Positions 1-16,081 of a stretch of DNA of 49,335 bases are shown in pieces; positions within the stretch are counted from its first letter, which is position 1, and each line of letters begins with the position of its first letter. The stretch is from positions 44,462-93,796 of the forward strand of contig MU619327.1 of assembly GCA_025201805.1 (NCBI GenBank), in the 5' to 3' direction. This DNA is from Parasitella parasitica NRRL 2501 (lineage: Eukaryota > Fungi > Mucoromycota). Under the pieces are notes generated by a model that was not told the origin of the DNA, ran no database searches, and worked only from the letters and a program-made list of their open reading frames with translations. The translations under genes were made by a program, and so were the position numbers.

Positions 1-1371
1 GATTTTTAGTATTTTCCAAGTCTTTCTCGATGTTTCTTTTAGTAAAGCTCTTTTATAAACTGCTTAAAAGATATTAAAAATAACCTTAGACAATAAAAAA
101 TATTCAGTAGAAAATCTACTATAGTGAATATATACAAGAATAATCAATTAACAGTATAAAGACACCAGTATTCAATGCATTAGGTACACTTTCATGTCAA
201 ATAACATAAGAGTTTATCCAATGATATCACTTTATTTTGTCAAAATCTGAATTTCAATTATTTTAAATGGGAGACCTCCAAGCTGGTTTCCCAGGCGAGT
301 TTCCCAGCATACTTTTTTTAGATAACTCTTATTTATTTGTGATACCCATGTAAGCAATTAATCCCCACATGATCAAAAGATGCCAAATATTACTTGGGCA
401 AAGACATTTTTGTTCATAGCAAGATATATTATATTGTTATAATCAAAATGAAAGCTTCTGCCATCAGAACAGACAAAATTTATCAGCTGCACCGTATAAA
501 TGATGATTTATGTGTAGCAGGTACTCTATTCTAAATGCGATTAACAAAGAACATCAGCGATAAAAATAGTTATTGCTTAGCCCATGTCACAAGCAGAGGG
601 TATAAAATTATATGAGTGTTCCATTGAATAATGAATAAACTAGCACGTTTTGTATAAATTTCGAAGCATATGGCATGCCTTGACCTGATCTGGAAGTGTG
701 TTTGTATACAAAGATCTGTATAGCCTATCCGCATTTTAATTGTATCATCACTTGTAGTATATAGGGGCCTTAGATACACGTCTCCAGATAAAGTGGCGAC
801 GATGATCCCCTTAAAAGCCTGCTTTAATTAAAACAACACAGTGAAACTTTTCTCCCAACAAACCAATATTGATGATATAATTATTAGACTATGGAAGCGC
901 AAGAACGTAATTTGCCAAGAATAGATCTACGCTACTATTCCATCGCCTATTTAAGGTTAAAATGATCAAAAAATGACCTTTTTGCAGATTGCAACGATGT
1001 TTTTTAGTTTATTAGTTTCATTATATTACATGTCATAACAAATAAACTTTTCCCCTTGTGTCATTTTTATTATGTATATTATATCATTTATATTTTCTCC
1101 CTAAAAATAAACTGGACATTGATTATTTTTCGTTACACGTGCAATTAACAAAGAGGTTTGGATGGATTATGATTATGTTGTGTAATCTGCTCAGATGCAT
1201 CTCAAACAAAGAATCCTGGGTCCAAATTTTTTCTTCTATGATCATGATGATAAAAAATTTTCGATTTATTTACATTTATCCATGTAGAAATAAAAATGAA
1301 TGTGTATAATGTATGTAAGTTTTGTGTATAGAAAAGAGAGAGGGTATGAAGATAATATACAAAAGAGAAAT

Positions 1372-2310
1372 CTATACTCTTGCCATGGCAGCATATTCTA
1401 TAAAGAATGCAGTCGAATGGGATTCTTCAGCGCCATCGCTGATCAAAGGATGAACCGCCATTTCTAACAATCTTGATTTGAAGCTGTGGATGTCAGTGGG
1501 GTCACTGTTCCATGGCACAACTTGAAGCACAAATTTACGGTGTCCATCTTGAAGAAAGGCAGAATTGAAATAGTTGAGAATACCCTTCAAATCTTTGGCC
1601 GTATGCTGGAGTAGATCAGGAAGCGCTTCCTGGTCAAGTAATTGAAAGACATGAGCGAGTCTATCAGTAATGTGCTTGTCCAAGTTTGTTGCTAGTTCAA
1701 TGGCATGTTGCTCTAAACATAATGAAGAAATAGTATCTTGATCAGGCTGACCGCATGCTTGCAAAAGTGCCCTGCGAAGATATGACTCGATAGATTGACG
1801 GCTTAACCCTTCAGCTAATTTATCCCATGTAAGCGGTAGATTGCCTTCTGTATGGGCCTGGATGGCAGCAAATATCTGAGATTTAAGAATTTCCAAATCC
1901 ATCATATCTAATGTAGGTAACTGTTGGTGTATGGCATATTGTCGATTAGCATTGTGCGACACGAGTTCAGACTCATCAGTATTGGCATCGTCGTTATTGG
2001 GCTCGACGTTAATCTGGATATGGTGCTGGAATTCTGTAGCAATTTCCTTATCTGTGCTACTAATGACAGCATCCAAATGGTCAAACTGAAGATGAGTGGC
2101 AATAATCTGCGCTAGTCTATCTACTTGAACTGGAAATATCTCTTGTGTCGACATGTCATCTTCCTCCTCTTGGTCTTTTGATATCACATTGTCCTCATCT
2201 TGTTGTGTTTGTTCTTGTTGATTTGATAAAGATGATATGTTGCTGTCTGTGATTGGCATAGCGACAGTGTAGCAAACGCACACAGCTAATATTAACAAGA
2301 GATATTTCAT
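1372..2310 (-). CDS. Secreted hypothetical protein (312 aa, single exon)
   Basis: Uninterrupted ORF; N-terminus MKYLLLILAVCVCYTVA looks like a signal peptide, followed by an acidic Q/E/D linker and a probably helical domain. No family recognised. Confidence 0.8.
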   Translation of the reverse strand: MKYLLLILAVCVCYTVAMPITDSNISSLSNQQEQTQQDEDNVISKDQEEEDDMSTQEIFPVQVDRLAQIIATHLQFDHLDAVISSTDKEIATEFQHHIQINVEPNNDDANTDESELVSHNANRQYAIHQQLPTLDMMDLEILKSQIFAAIQAHTEGNLPLTWDKLAEGLSRQSIESYLRRALLQACGQPDQDTISSLCLEQHAIELATNLDKHITDRLAHVFQLLDQEALPDLLQHTAKDLKGILNYFNSAFLQDGHRKFVLQVVPWNSDPTDIHSFKSRLLEMAVHPLISDGAEESHSTAFFIEYAAMARV

Positions 2311-4323
2311 AATCTCTGAAGAGTGAATATATATTAGGCTAGAAAAAAAGTGGGATGAAAAGAGGGAAGAGGGGAATACAAGGCAAATTGATTTATATAT
2401 AGGAGATTCGGAGAGCTAAAACAAGATAATGAACATTTGAGTTTTTTTAACGAAGGTTAAAAGGGGATGCAGCAGCAGAGGGAAGGGGGGAGGGAAGGGG
2501 AAAAAGAGGAGAAGAGAATGGGGGGTGGGGACATGTGTATTCAATAGTGATAAGAGCATTTGCAATGGTGCCAATGCCTATGTTATGATGCACTAATTTC
2601 CACACTGGATTGTTTTTGTTTAATATATATGTTGATTCATTAAAGTACTTCCTTCTTTACACATTTGTTTTTATTTTATCTCTTTAGGATACAGCTACAC
2701 ATGAGGTGTTTCAGCAAAATAGCTTGTTATCATCAACCCGTTTATAGGCTACGTTACATCCATATCGTCACCAGCCGCAAATCTTTGTGTTGCGTGCCTT
2801 GGTATAAAAATATTTTAATCTGCCAAATCAAGCTTTACGGGTTACATATAAAGATTTTTGTCACTAAAAATGTTTGTGCACAGCGAGACCGGGCCTATTT
2901 TCATTATCTCAATATTAACAATAGTTAATTAGCTGAAAAATCATTGTTGTATTGTTATGAAGATATATTAGGGAGATGTTAATTTACAGATACTACTTAT
3001 GCAGTATATGGTAAAAAATACAAAGTTCCTCTTTTCGGCTTGCATTTCAAGGAGTGGAGTTATCATGTTCTTTTTTGTCTTGGATCGTTTCAAGTTACCA
3101 ACATCATTATGAGTTTAAAAACTATGGGTTGTTGCCATGGCAGTGGCAATGATAATTGGTCTATGGATCCGTTGCCAAGGATACACTGTCTAGTTTCCGA
3201 CGATCTTTTTTTTTGTTTTGTTTTTATTTGTATATTTATTTAAAAAAAAAAAAGTTATTTGTGAATATGACATTGGATGTTCGAGACAACCGCTTTATCT
3301 ATCGACCAAGCTGGTTATGTAAAGAGCCAGATCTGTTTACGGATTCATGTAGTATACAAATAAAATTTTGATGTATATAATCTCATGTCGGTAGTAGATG
3401 ATTTTCAACAAGCATGCATAACTAACGTAAACAAGGTTTTGCCCGACATGCAAGGGAGTTGTTGTATCCGTGAATGCTGTGGATTTGTACATGCATCCGT
3501 TACTACGGATGAAGATCACGTCAACTACTCACATGAACGAAAAAAAGAGGTTTTAAAGGACTTTACAGTGGCAGCAGCTCCTATGACACATCATTTAATG
3601 CCAACGAGTTACTAATCATTCTGCTTCCCAGACACCCAGCACTGTTTTCTGTGCTTGCTTACATTGGGTGTAACCAGAGATCTTGTTATGTTATGAATGA
3701 ATCCAATACCAAATCAGAGAGCCTGGTTGCTCGCAGAGTATTTGGTGTTACAAATAAGCGAACGCAATTTTCAGCACATATATTCACATTATCAGCACCC
3801 AAATGAGTAGGCAGTATTAGTGATACGATTTTATTTGTGTATTTGTTAATTTCAAACAACTTTCATCCTTGCTTGGTCAAGAAATTCACAAATAGTACTT
3901 AACATGATCGCACTTTCCACAAAAGATATTGTTTCATTAATTAATGGACATTTCTCACTCTGATACCTTGTCATTGCATGGTTAAAATTATTCTAACGTC
4001 TATGGGAAAATGAATCGAATTCCGTTATTTTATCAGAACCTGGCTCATTCCATGCCTCTCCTTGAAAAAGAAAGACTTGATCCAAGCTGATTTGCACTGT
4101 ACATACTACACGGGAATTGCCAGAAATGAAATATTCAGGGCATCATGTCTATGTATGCTTTTTGAATGGGCTCATGCAACTTCGGCCCGGATTCGAAAAT
4201 TTTTGATGATAATATTTTGAAAAAGCGAAGGAGATTTGTCCGGAACAATCCTTTTTGGCCTGTAAATGTGATGTTTAATTTGATTGATTCAACGTTCTTT
4301 CTCTGACTATATAATCCATAACA

Positions 4324-5076
4324 ATGGTTGTATGTATAACATCTATGTGAATTGGGAGTTTGAGGGATGGAAATAGTGATATTAGATGAATGATGCATAA
4401 ATCGATTCGCAGAAAAATGATGGATGGAATTTTTTTTTTGCATAATAGAATCAACATTGGGAAAGACTATGAAGAAAATTAGAGGGAAAAATAGATTTGA
4501 AGTTGACAGATGCTAATCTTTTATTAATAGCAAGGTACTTTCAAGCGTCAAGTTGAAGTTGGCCGTGTTGTCCTCATCAACCACGGTGCCGATGTTGGCA
4601 AGTTGGCCGTCATTGTCGATATTATTGACCATAACCGCGTAAGTTGATGATTTGAGTAGATAGCTGTGACAAATTGCTTACATGATATCATTTAAACCAG
4701 GCCCTCATCGATGGCCCTACTACCGGTGTCGTCCGTCAAGCTTTCCCTTTCCGTCGTTTAGTCTTGACTCCTCTCGTCCTCAAAAACCTTCCTCGTGCTA
4801 TTGGCAAAGCTGGCCTTAAGAAAGCTTTGGAGAAGGATGAGACAGTTGCCAAGTGGGCCAAGACTGTCTGGGCCAAGAAGCTTGAACAACGTAAGGTTCG
4901 TGCTAACTTGACCGATTTTGATCGTTTCAAGTTGAACAAGCTCAAGAACCAAGTGAGTAGACATATTTTATTGCAAGAGAGGGAGAGAATGATATGAGAT
5001 GACATGGATTGCTAACTTTCCCTTGTAGCGTCGTTTCGCTGTTGCTGCCGCTGTTAAGGCTGCCAAGAAGCAATAA
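4324..5076 (+). CDS. RPL14: 60S ribosomal protein eL14 (137 aa, 4 exons)
   Basis: Exons 4324-4329 (MV), 4531-4638, 4701-4952, 5029-5076, all GT-AG. Spliced protein [21 protein letters not shown]...[15 protein letters not shown]...[11 protein letters not shown] matches eL14 (KOW fold); strong codon bias. Confidence 0.97.
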
Positions 5077-5170
5077 ACGTATTGACTCCAACTTATCTTT
5101 CGGTTAATTAAAGCTAAATGGATATAATAAAAAAAATCAACCTTATAAATATTTATTGTTTTTATTATTA

Positions 5171-8100
5171 TTAACGGTTGTGGTGCCAAGAGCTTTCGTA
5201 AACCTTTTCAAAGTCTAATTTACTGACCATTTGATCCCATTCATTGACAGTTTTGATCATTAGCCTTTTGCGAGTTTTGGGGTCACCGAATAATTCAGCC
5301 CACCAAGCTAAATCCTCATCATTGGTAACTAATACAAGACGTTCAGGTTGATGGTCATCTCTTGATTGTTGTTTGCTGTGGTAATAGAGTAAACAGCCAA
5401 GAATGGCCCTGTATGATTTAGGGACATCTTCAAATGTGTATGGTATGTCCTCTTCATCCTCATAGGTATATTCTTCTACTTTTTGATTGCTACCATCCTC
5501 TGCTTCTGATTCTGTCTCTGTCTCTGAGTCTGACTCTGTTTCTGTGTCTAGCTCGAATTCTGAATCAGTGTCATCACCACCACCACCACCTCGTCTTCTT
5601 GCCTTGAAGAGACCTTCGTTAGAGCTGGTTGACTCGATATCCGATTCAATTTCAACGTCTGAATTAATCTCTTGGTCTTCTTCCTCTCCATCGGAAATAA
5701 GGTGATCAACCACGTTTGATCTGCTTTCTTCTCCAATCCAATAGGCCTTTGCTTCACCCCAATCACCTAGTTTTTCTGTAATTTTTTGAGTTCTGAGAAA
5801 CGATGTTGTAGGTGCTACAGCCTTGTTACTGCTCTCGAGTAATCTCTGATCTAAAAAGCGAATGGACTCGCGTGCTTGCATGTTTGTATGTGAAGTGCCC
5901 TTTTTGTGATCATCCAAAACGTCAATCACCTCCAAAGGCACGATTACCTCTAATATGCTGCCCTGCGTACGACGATCAACGTTCAAAGTCTGATTAGCCC
6001 ACTTCTTGACTTTGCTTAGACCGTCCAAAAAGGCAGTTATATCGATGACACAAGTATAGACATCTCGTTTGACAGGCGGGCCATTGTCGTCACTGCTGCC
6101 CTGGACGCGTTTGCCTAATGCCATTCGATTAACATTCTTTTCCAATGAAGACACTTGCTCCATAAGACGTTGTGTGGCCAATGCCTTCATAAATCGACTT
6201 TGCTGCTGGCGCTTGGCATTCTCATCAATCACACTGTATTTTTGCTCTGTTTGGTTGTATTGGATGAAATCAAACGAACTAGAATCGGCTGCTTTCTTGA
6301 TCATGTTACGAACACGGCCCCATCGCACTTGCTTGCGTGCTTCAGGATTCTTTCCGTCGTCCACTTGATACGCGCTCTCTTTGAAAAAGTCAACTTTGCC
6401 ATGAAAGTCAAAAAGCGGCACAATACCTAAAAGTACTAAATCCTCTGACATTGGGTACGTCGGTGGGAGCACATTCAATACTGGATCAGGAAAAGAAGGA
6501 TGGCTAATCAGCAGTGATAACAAGGACTGAATAGACTTCACCAGTGCCTTCTTCTCTGGTTCTCTGTTTCTGACATCATTAGCTGCGGTCATGCAGTATT
6601 GTGCAATCGATGTCATGTTGGTATAGAGGAAAGTTGCCCAAATGCTGAGTCCAGGAAGCAAAGCTTCATCGACCGTGGTTTCTAACTGAAAGAAAATTTC
6701 GGACGCAAGCGTTTTTTTGACCTGATCTAAGGCTTGACGTGATGATCGATACGCCTCTGTCAGCAGCTTGAAAGCAAAGGTATACATATGAATTTGAGAT
6801 GACAGGATAGCCGGACGCACATTAAAATTTGCCTTATCTCGAAGCTTTTCGCCTGCTATCCAAATAGAAATCATCAAGATTGTTATACTGCGCGTTAATG
6901 TGGTTCGCATAATGTGTAGCGTGGATACCAAGGATCTTGAGAACGCAGGTGCCTCATCCTGTTTCTCTTCTCCTGCAACCATATTGAGTATAAGGGCTTC
7001 TAGTGCTGCACCAAATTGAATAGCCACAGACAGGGTGGATGCAAATTCCTGGCTATCTTTCTGATTGAACATGACGATGTGGTGCATACACAAGAAAGAT
7101 TCCACAAAGTGCGATACCATGCTCGTCAAGCTATCATCCTTTGATTTTGAACCGAATCGAAGTTTTGAATAGAACGACTTCAAATTGTCCCTACCGACGC
7201 TCGAAGGATGCTGCACAGCCAAACTAGAGAGAAATTTGTCAAGTCTTCATCATACGTTTTTTCCTTGCCTTTTTTTACCTCATGCAATAATACCAAACCA
7301 CATCCATTGCATTTCCATTGGACATGGATACAAGAGCCAATTGAGAATACGGCTTGCCATTCTTTCTGTGTACATCAATGGCTTTAAGGTAGCACGTCTT
7401 GGCCAGTGCCCAATAGTCCATTGTCTTTTTAGTATTTTTGGATGCCATTGCCTGTTGAGCATGGTAACGAGCCAAATCACCCATACAGATGTAATTAGAC
7501 TGTAATAAAACCCCCATCTTTTCATCGTCACTTGCTGTCCTCTGATGGACTGAATCAATGCCTAATACCTTTGTGTCGATATGGTATGAGGCTTTTACTG
7601 TGTTATTGAGCTCGCGATAAAATTTGAAGGCGGCATCAATATGATGGAACAATGCTTTTTGGAGGGCAATATTCTTCTCCACGTCGTCTGGATTTATCCT
7701 GCGCAATTTGCTGCGAACGTCTTCGATACCAGCGTAAAAAATATACCTCCATAATTTGTCTTCAATATGATGTGTGGTGGCATAGAGAAGATCAGCCGAG
7801 AAGATCTGGCGGTATGTCTTTTTGAGGCTTTGTCGCACATACACTATCTCTTCCTCAGTAGTGGTGATTTGCTCTGCTGCAATGGCGCCGGCGATACGAC
7901 CTTGCTCTTTACTGGGCATGTTGGCATAATTAATTTTCAGTTGTGTCTGCAGTTCAGCAAGCTGTTTTTCTAAAGCATGAGCCTCACTGTTTACTTGTTA
8001 TATTAGTAATGAGGTAAACTGGATTCTTGAGCTTTGCTCACCTCAATAAATCAGTCAGATTAAGCGTCTTTTCTGGTACAGCCTCATCCAAATCCTTTAA

Positions 8101-8325
8101 CGGTTCTTGGTTGACTGAGAGTGTGTTTGTCAAAGCAGCCGGAGTAACAGTCTTTTGTTTTCTTCTGTTTCTGGGGCGTCTTCTTTTACGGCGGGGTGTT
8201 GCTGCTGCTGCTGTTGTTGTTGTGGTTGTGGTTGTTGTGGTTGTTGTGGTTGTTGCTGCTGTAGAAACAGGGTTTCTGCTATTGCTGTTGGGTTTATTTA
8301 ACTCTGAAGGTACACTTGTTTGCAT
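5171..8325 (-). CDS. Est1/SMG5/SMG6-like protein (Est1 TPR-like domain plus C-terminal PIN domain), NMD/telomere family
   Basis: Exons 8325-8042, 7986-7279, 7223-5171 join in frame. Est1-type motifs EDKLWRYIFY, YICMGDLARY, NGKPYSQLALVS, WYYCMSLAVQHP, PMSEDLVLLG; PIN motifs CVIDITAF, VIVPLEVIDVLD, ARESIRFL, LVLVTNDEDL. Confidence 0.88.
8200..8260. repeat. Trinucleotide microsatellite encoding poly-Thr/Ala in the Est1-like gene
   Basis: gttgttgtggtt/gctgct repeats translate on the minus strand to AA-T(n)-AAAA. Confidence 0.85.
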
Positions 8326-8760
8326 TTTGAATCAAGTAAAACTGAAAGCATAATTTTCTTCTTTTCTTTAGATGAATGAAAAACGGGTGTAATATATCTG
8401 TTATGGATGAAGAATTACGTGTGCATCAAAAAACAGAGCAACATGTAAAACCGAAAAAAGCTCTTTTTCAAATCATATGGGCACACACTCCGAAACAAAT
8501 CAACGAATGTACGACTATATTGTGTGCTATATCAATGGCTTCATAAACTATTTGGCGCTCAAGTGAGTCTGGCTGAGCGCCATACTTTTGGTCTTTATTA
8601 TTCAGGCATTAAATGCGTACCATGTTCTACTATTAGCTTGAATGCCATATCGATATGTTCCAACTCTTTTACTACTGTGTCATATAAGAATCATTATTAC
8701 TAAATAGCCAAATACAAAATACAAACACAAGCCATCAAGTCATTCTTTTATTCGCGTTTG

Positions 8761-12041
<3,281 letters not shown>

Positions 12042-12275
12042 GATGGTTGTAAGGAAAAGGAGGGAAGCTCGAATATTGCCTGCTGACGTATTTAAATGGT
12101 TTTACAAAGGCAGCGCAGCGCAGCTCTGCCCTCTAATCTGAGCCGTTCATAATGGCCAATGGAAAGTCGGATCTCAACATAAGCAAATACTGCAGAAGAA
12201 CAATAGGATATATTTTGTGTATGTACAAAGTCTAGTTATTATTAATGAAAGGCAAGCTACTATCAGAAAATAGAT

Positions 12276-15200
12276 TTAAGGCTTCCTTTGCTTGAATTTA
12301 GATACATAATCTGTGCCGTAAGCATCGATAAACTTTTCAATCTTTATGCGTAAGGCAGAGTCCATTGCTTTGATCCTTCGGCCAGATTGCATTTCTCTAT
12401 CCACAATATGATGGGTAACCTACAAGAGTATGAGCACACATTTTCTCTACAAGATACTTGTCAGATTGTACCTTGCGAGCGAGGTCTTTAAATAGATGCT
12501 TATCTCCTTTCCAAAGCGATTGCTGCTTGGAGGAGAGGTATTTTGTCACAACTTTTCCAACTTCTCTCTTCAAGTCGATATCATTCAGGAACGGGCCATC
12601 TTCGCTCAAGGCATCAACTGAACCGCTAGTAGGTGTCATCAAATGGCTTCCCTTGCTACTGGGGCTATCATCACCCAGGCTAAGCTGCCGAAGTCTCTTT
12701 TTCTCGTCAGATTCTAATATGGCTTGTTCAACAAGTCCTTCTAATTGTAATGGATCCGCAACACCCTCAATGGATAACCCTGCTTTTCTTACTGATGCGG
12801 ATGAAGCGGTTGGCTGTGGCAATATAGCGGGTGATGATGATCCAGGGGGTGCAGGTGCTGGCGCTGGTGCAGCGGCTGGCGGAGGTGAAGGTGGTGGAGG
12901 TGGAGGTGGAGGCGGAGGCGGAGGAACATGAGACTGTAATTGCTCCAATTCTTCAGGTAACTCCCATTGTGTCTGATGTGTAGCCATATTGTAGTAATAG
13001 GTAGATCCATCTTCAGTTACCGCCAGCTGCCAGTTGGTAACAGGCAAAAGTAGCTGTTGTTGTTGCTGTTGTTGTTGTTGAAAGGCATAGTAGTACTCTT
13101 CCACAGTCATCCCTTCGGCCGCTGCAGCCTGAGCATAATAGAACTGACTATAGTCATACATGGAGGTATCCTGATAATAATTAGTGTAGTTTTGCTGTTG
13201 CTGTTGAAGCAGGGTATCTTCTGTGTTTGTCATTGTTGAATTAGATGTATCAAATGTAGTATTTACAGTGATGGGCGTAGATGACGATATTTGATGATTT
13301 ATATTACTCGTCGCATAATATGAAAAGAAGCCTCCAGCTGGTTTTTTATGCTTTGTGCTGAAATGCTTTTGATGATTGCTGTGGTGATGTTGATATGCAG
13401 TGTTGGATTCAAGCATTGCTTTCGGCGCAGTTGGGATTGCGGATTGCGGTGGATACTGTATTTTGAAAGCAAGTTCCTCTGCAGATACGTCCATTGAAAA
13501 GTACTCGTAAAAATCATTGTCTGGATCAAAGATTTCTCTGGTCGATTCAAAGCGCTTTCTTTTGAACCGCTTTCGGTGGCCGTTTCTTTTCGATTTCTTG
13601 ATTGATACTGTGGAAATAACAGAGTACGTGTCTTCTTGCTCTTCAATATCTACGTGCTCATTCTCCTCATCAATAGTCGCAGCTGATATATCCATATGCG
13701 CTCTTTTCGGTATACGGTAAACGCACTTTAAATCACTCCATTTATCTAATAAATGCTGTGATAATCGGCACAGCTCCTCATTGTCATGGTCGACGAATTT
13801 CTGTACAATGTCAAACATTTTGCAGTCTTCCAGGCCATTCCTGTTAGCTAAGGGCAACCTTTCCAGCACCTGCAATACCTTGTAAACAGGTTAGCCACAC
13901 CAGCAACCTATCAACATACACGCGCACACTTACTCTTAAAACAATCATTTCATTGTTCTTCCATTCACCAAGCCAAAATTTCAACATTCTCAAGCCATGC
14001 AATCGCACGATCATCTTCATGATCTCTCTTCCATGCGAATTGTCGACATTGGTCATTTGTAGTCGCATCAGCAGTTTATTGACTAATCGAGGTTTGCCGA
14101 CGGAATTCAACATGCGTTTGACAAAGGATTGCACCTCGTGCGGATCTTGCAGCGGTTGGAAGTCTCGCTTCTTTTGTATCAATTCTTCATCTTCGTCTTT
14201 CTCTTGGTCGCTGAATTCGTCGTCGTCGTCCGAAGAAAAAATAGAGAAAGCCGAGCTTGCGTTGATAAATGTATCAGCCAATGCTTCTTCGTCCGCAGCA
14301 ACTTTTTCATCAGAAGCACCGATAAAGCCTTTGCAGTTGGGCTCGCCACAATAGCACGGCTGGGCAATGGCACCATAGCGTTCGAACTTGTAATCAAATG
14401 TCAACTCTTCACCTGCGATGATTTCTCGGGTAGTGAAAATGCCAATTCGCATCTTTTTCCCAATTACCCATTTTTGGGTGGCACAGTTGGGATTACAAGA
14501 ATGGTTCATGAATCGTGCTAAACAGCCTCGTTTTGTTGCGTCAATGATCTACCGTGTTTTTTTTTGGTTTTTTTTGGTTTTGTCAATGTACGCACAATCA
14601 AGTCCAAAACCAAACTTACCTCGTCATTTTTCAAAGTCATGAAATAGTAATGCTTAAAGCCCTCCGCATCATATTCTCTTGTGCGTCTGAGGAATTCAGT
14701 TTGTGGGATGACTTCGCCAATGTATTCCATGATAAAAGAGTTTCTGTGCGGTAAATCTGTTAAAAATGATTCCAACCCAACAAGAAAAAAGACACACTTA
14801 CTGAGGCAAGTTTGTCAGCGCACGCAAGCCAAACCCTTTTTTCTCGGTTTTTATAACATCAACAGGGGAATACTGACCTAATTGAAAACGGCGGTTTCTG
14901 CATAAGCGACCGCAAGGACAGTCTTGAACGATACATTCCATAAACATCATTCGGTTGATACAAATGTTGTCATCGCCACATGCTTCGTTTGGGTTCTCCA
15001 ATTCAGAGTCGTATTTGCACTCACAAGGCATACTCTCCTCTGCCATAGACCTCCCTGTAGCAGACCCAATGTAAATACTGGCCTGGATGTTTTCGAATGT
15101 TTGCAAAGCTTCATCAGTAGCAGATGGAAAGTATTTAGAATCTGCCATAACATCTTAAGAGAAAGAAAAAGAAGAGAAAAAGAAAAAAAAAGGGAAATTA

Positions 15201-16081
15201 TTAGTAAATTCAGTTTATGAGAATATAGGGAGAATACGGTCAGTAAGGCAAGGCAAGGTGAGGTAGGTTCATGTGTGTGTGAGTGCGTGTGTGTGTGCAT
15301 ATGAGAAATGGTTCTCGTGACTATAGGGTTTATGTATTTTATCTTACTTTTACTACTCCAACGATCTTCTTCTTCTTCCTCATCATCTGAGGGAGAATCA
15401 AACAAGCTTTTCTCTGAGTCGCTGTCTTGTTGCTCACTGGAAAGAAAAGAGTGCATCTCGTCGTCCAGATCCGATTCTTGCTCATCCGATTCGTCTTGCT
15501 GTATAGTTGATCTGGGCGGCCGTTTTGAGCCAAATTCGAAATGGAATTGGAACAAGCTCGAAGAGCCGCTCTTTACTGTCTGTGTTTTCTCTGTGGATGA
15601 AATAGAATCGTTGTCGAATCCTGTGATATCGAGATCGGAATCGTCTTGTTGCTCCTGCGGCTGCTCATCCTCCTCGTCTTCCTCATCCTCTTCTGACGTA
15701 TCTTGATGGTAAGGATGTTTGTTTGCGTCGGTATATGTTCGGTCGTACGTATCTATGGAACGTCTCTTGGAAACATTGTTCATTCTATCCCACATGTCTT
15801 GTGTAGTGGTAGTAGTGGCAGTAACCTTAGCGCAAACAACATTCACAGTCGAAGAGGATAGAGTGTGCGTTTTCTTGACAAACTGTTTCGTATCCAACAC
15901 TACTTTTGGGTTTGGATTCTGCGCTACTCCTGTAGAAAATGCCTTACCTGAATTAACGTGCTTAATTATGTAATCTTTATCTCTAATTTCCAAAGAAAGT
16001 GCTGATCTACTCGAAATTTTTCAGATGCAAACTTTTTTTTTTGTAATTTTGCAATTATTACCTGATATTGGCACTATGCAT
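12276..16081 (-). CDS. SET2: Histone H3K36 methyltransferase Set2 (AWS-SET-postSET, WW, SRI) with acidic N-terminal extension
   Basis: AWS/SET motifs CINRMMFMEC, KKGFGLRA, EYIGEVI, HYYFM, RFMNHSCNPNC, GEELTFDY, CYCGEPNCKG; WW NWQLAVTEDGSTYYYNMATHQTQWELP; SRI FKDLARKVTH. Upstream exons 16081-16062 and 16006-15348 splice in frame to the exon starting at 15153. The start is less certain than the core. Confidence 0.93.

Noticed and set aside
3120-3615. ORF 3385-3615 resembling either a MULE transposase segment (DF..A.I..V..V.P......C) or a tetraspanin CCGF loop
   Set aside because: Two incompatible weak resemblances, in-frame stops upstream and no splice model; cannot be supported without a search.
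4330-4530. Unusually long (201 nt) RPL14 intron 1 as a snoRNA host
   Set aside because: No proper C box (RTGATGA) paired with a CTGA D box, and no convincing H/ACA hairpins.
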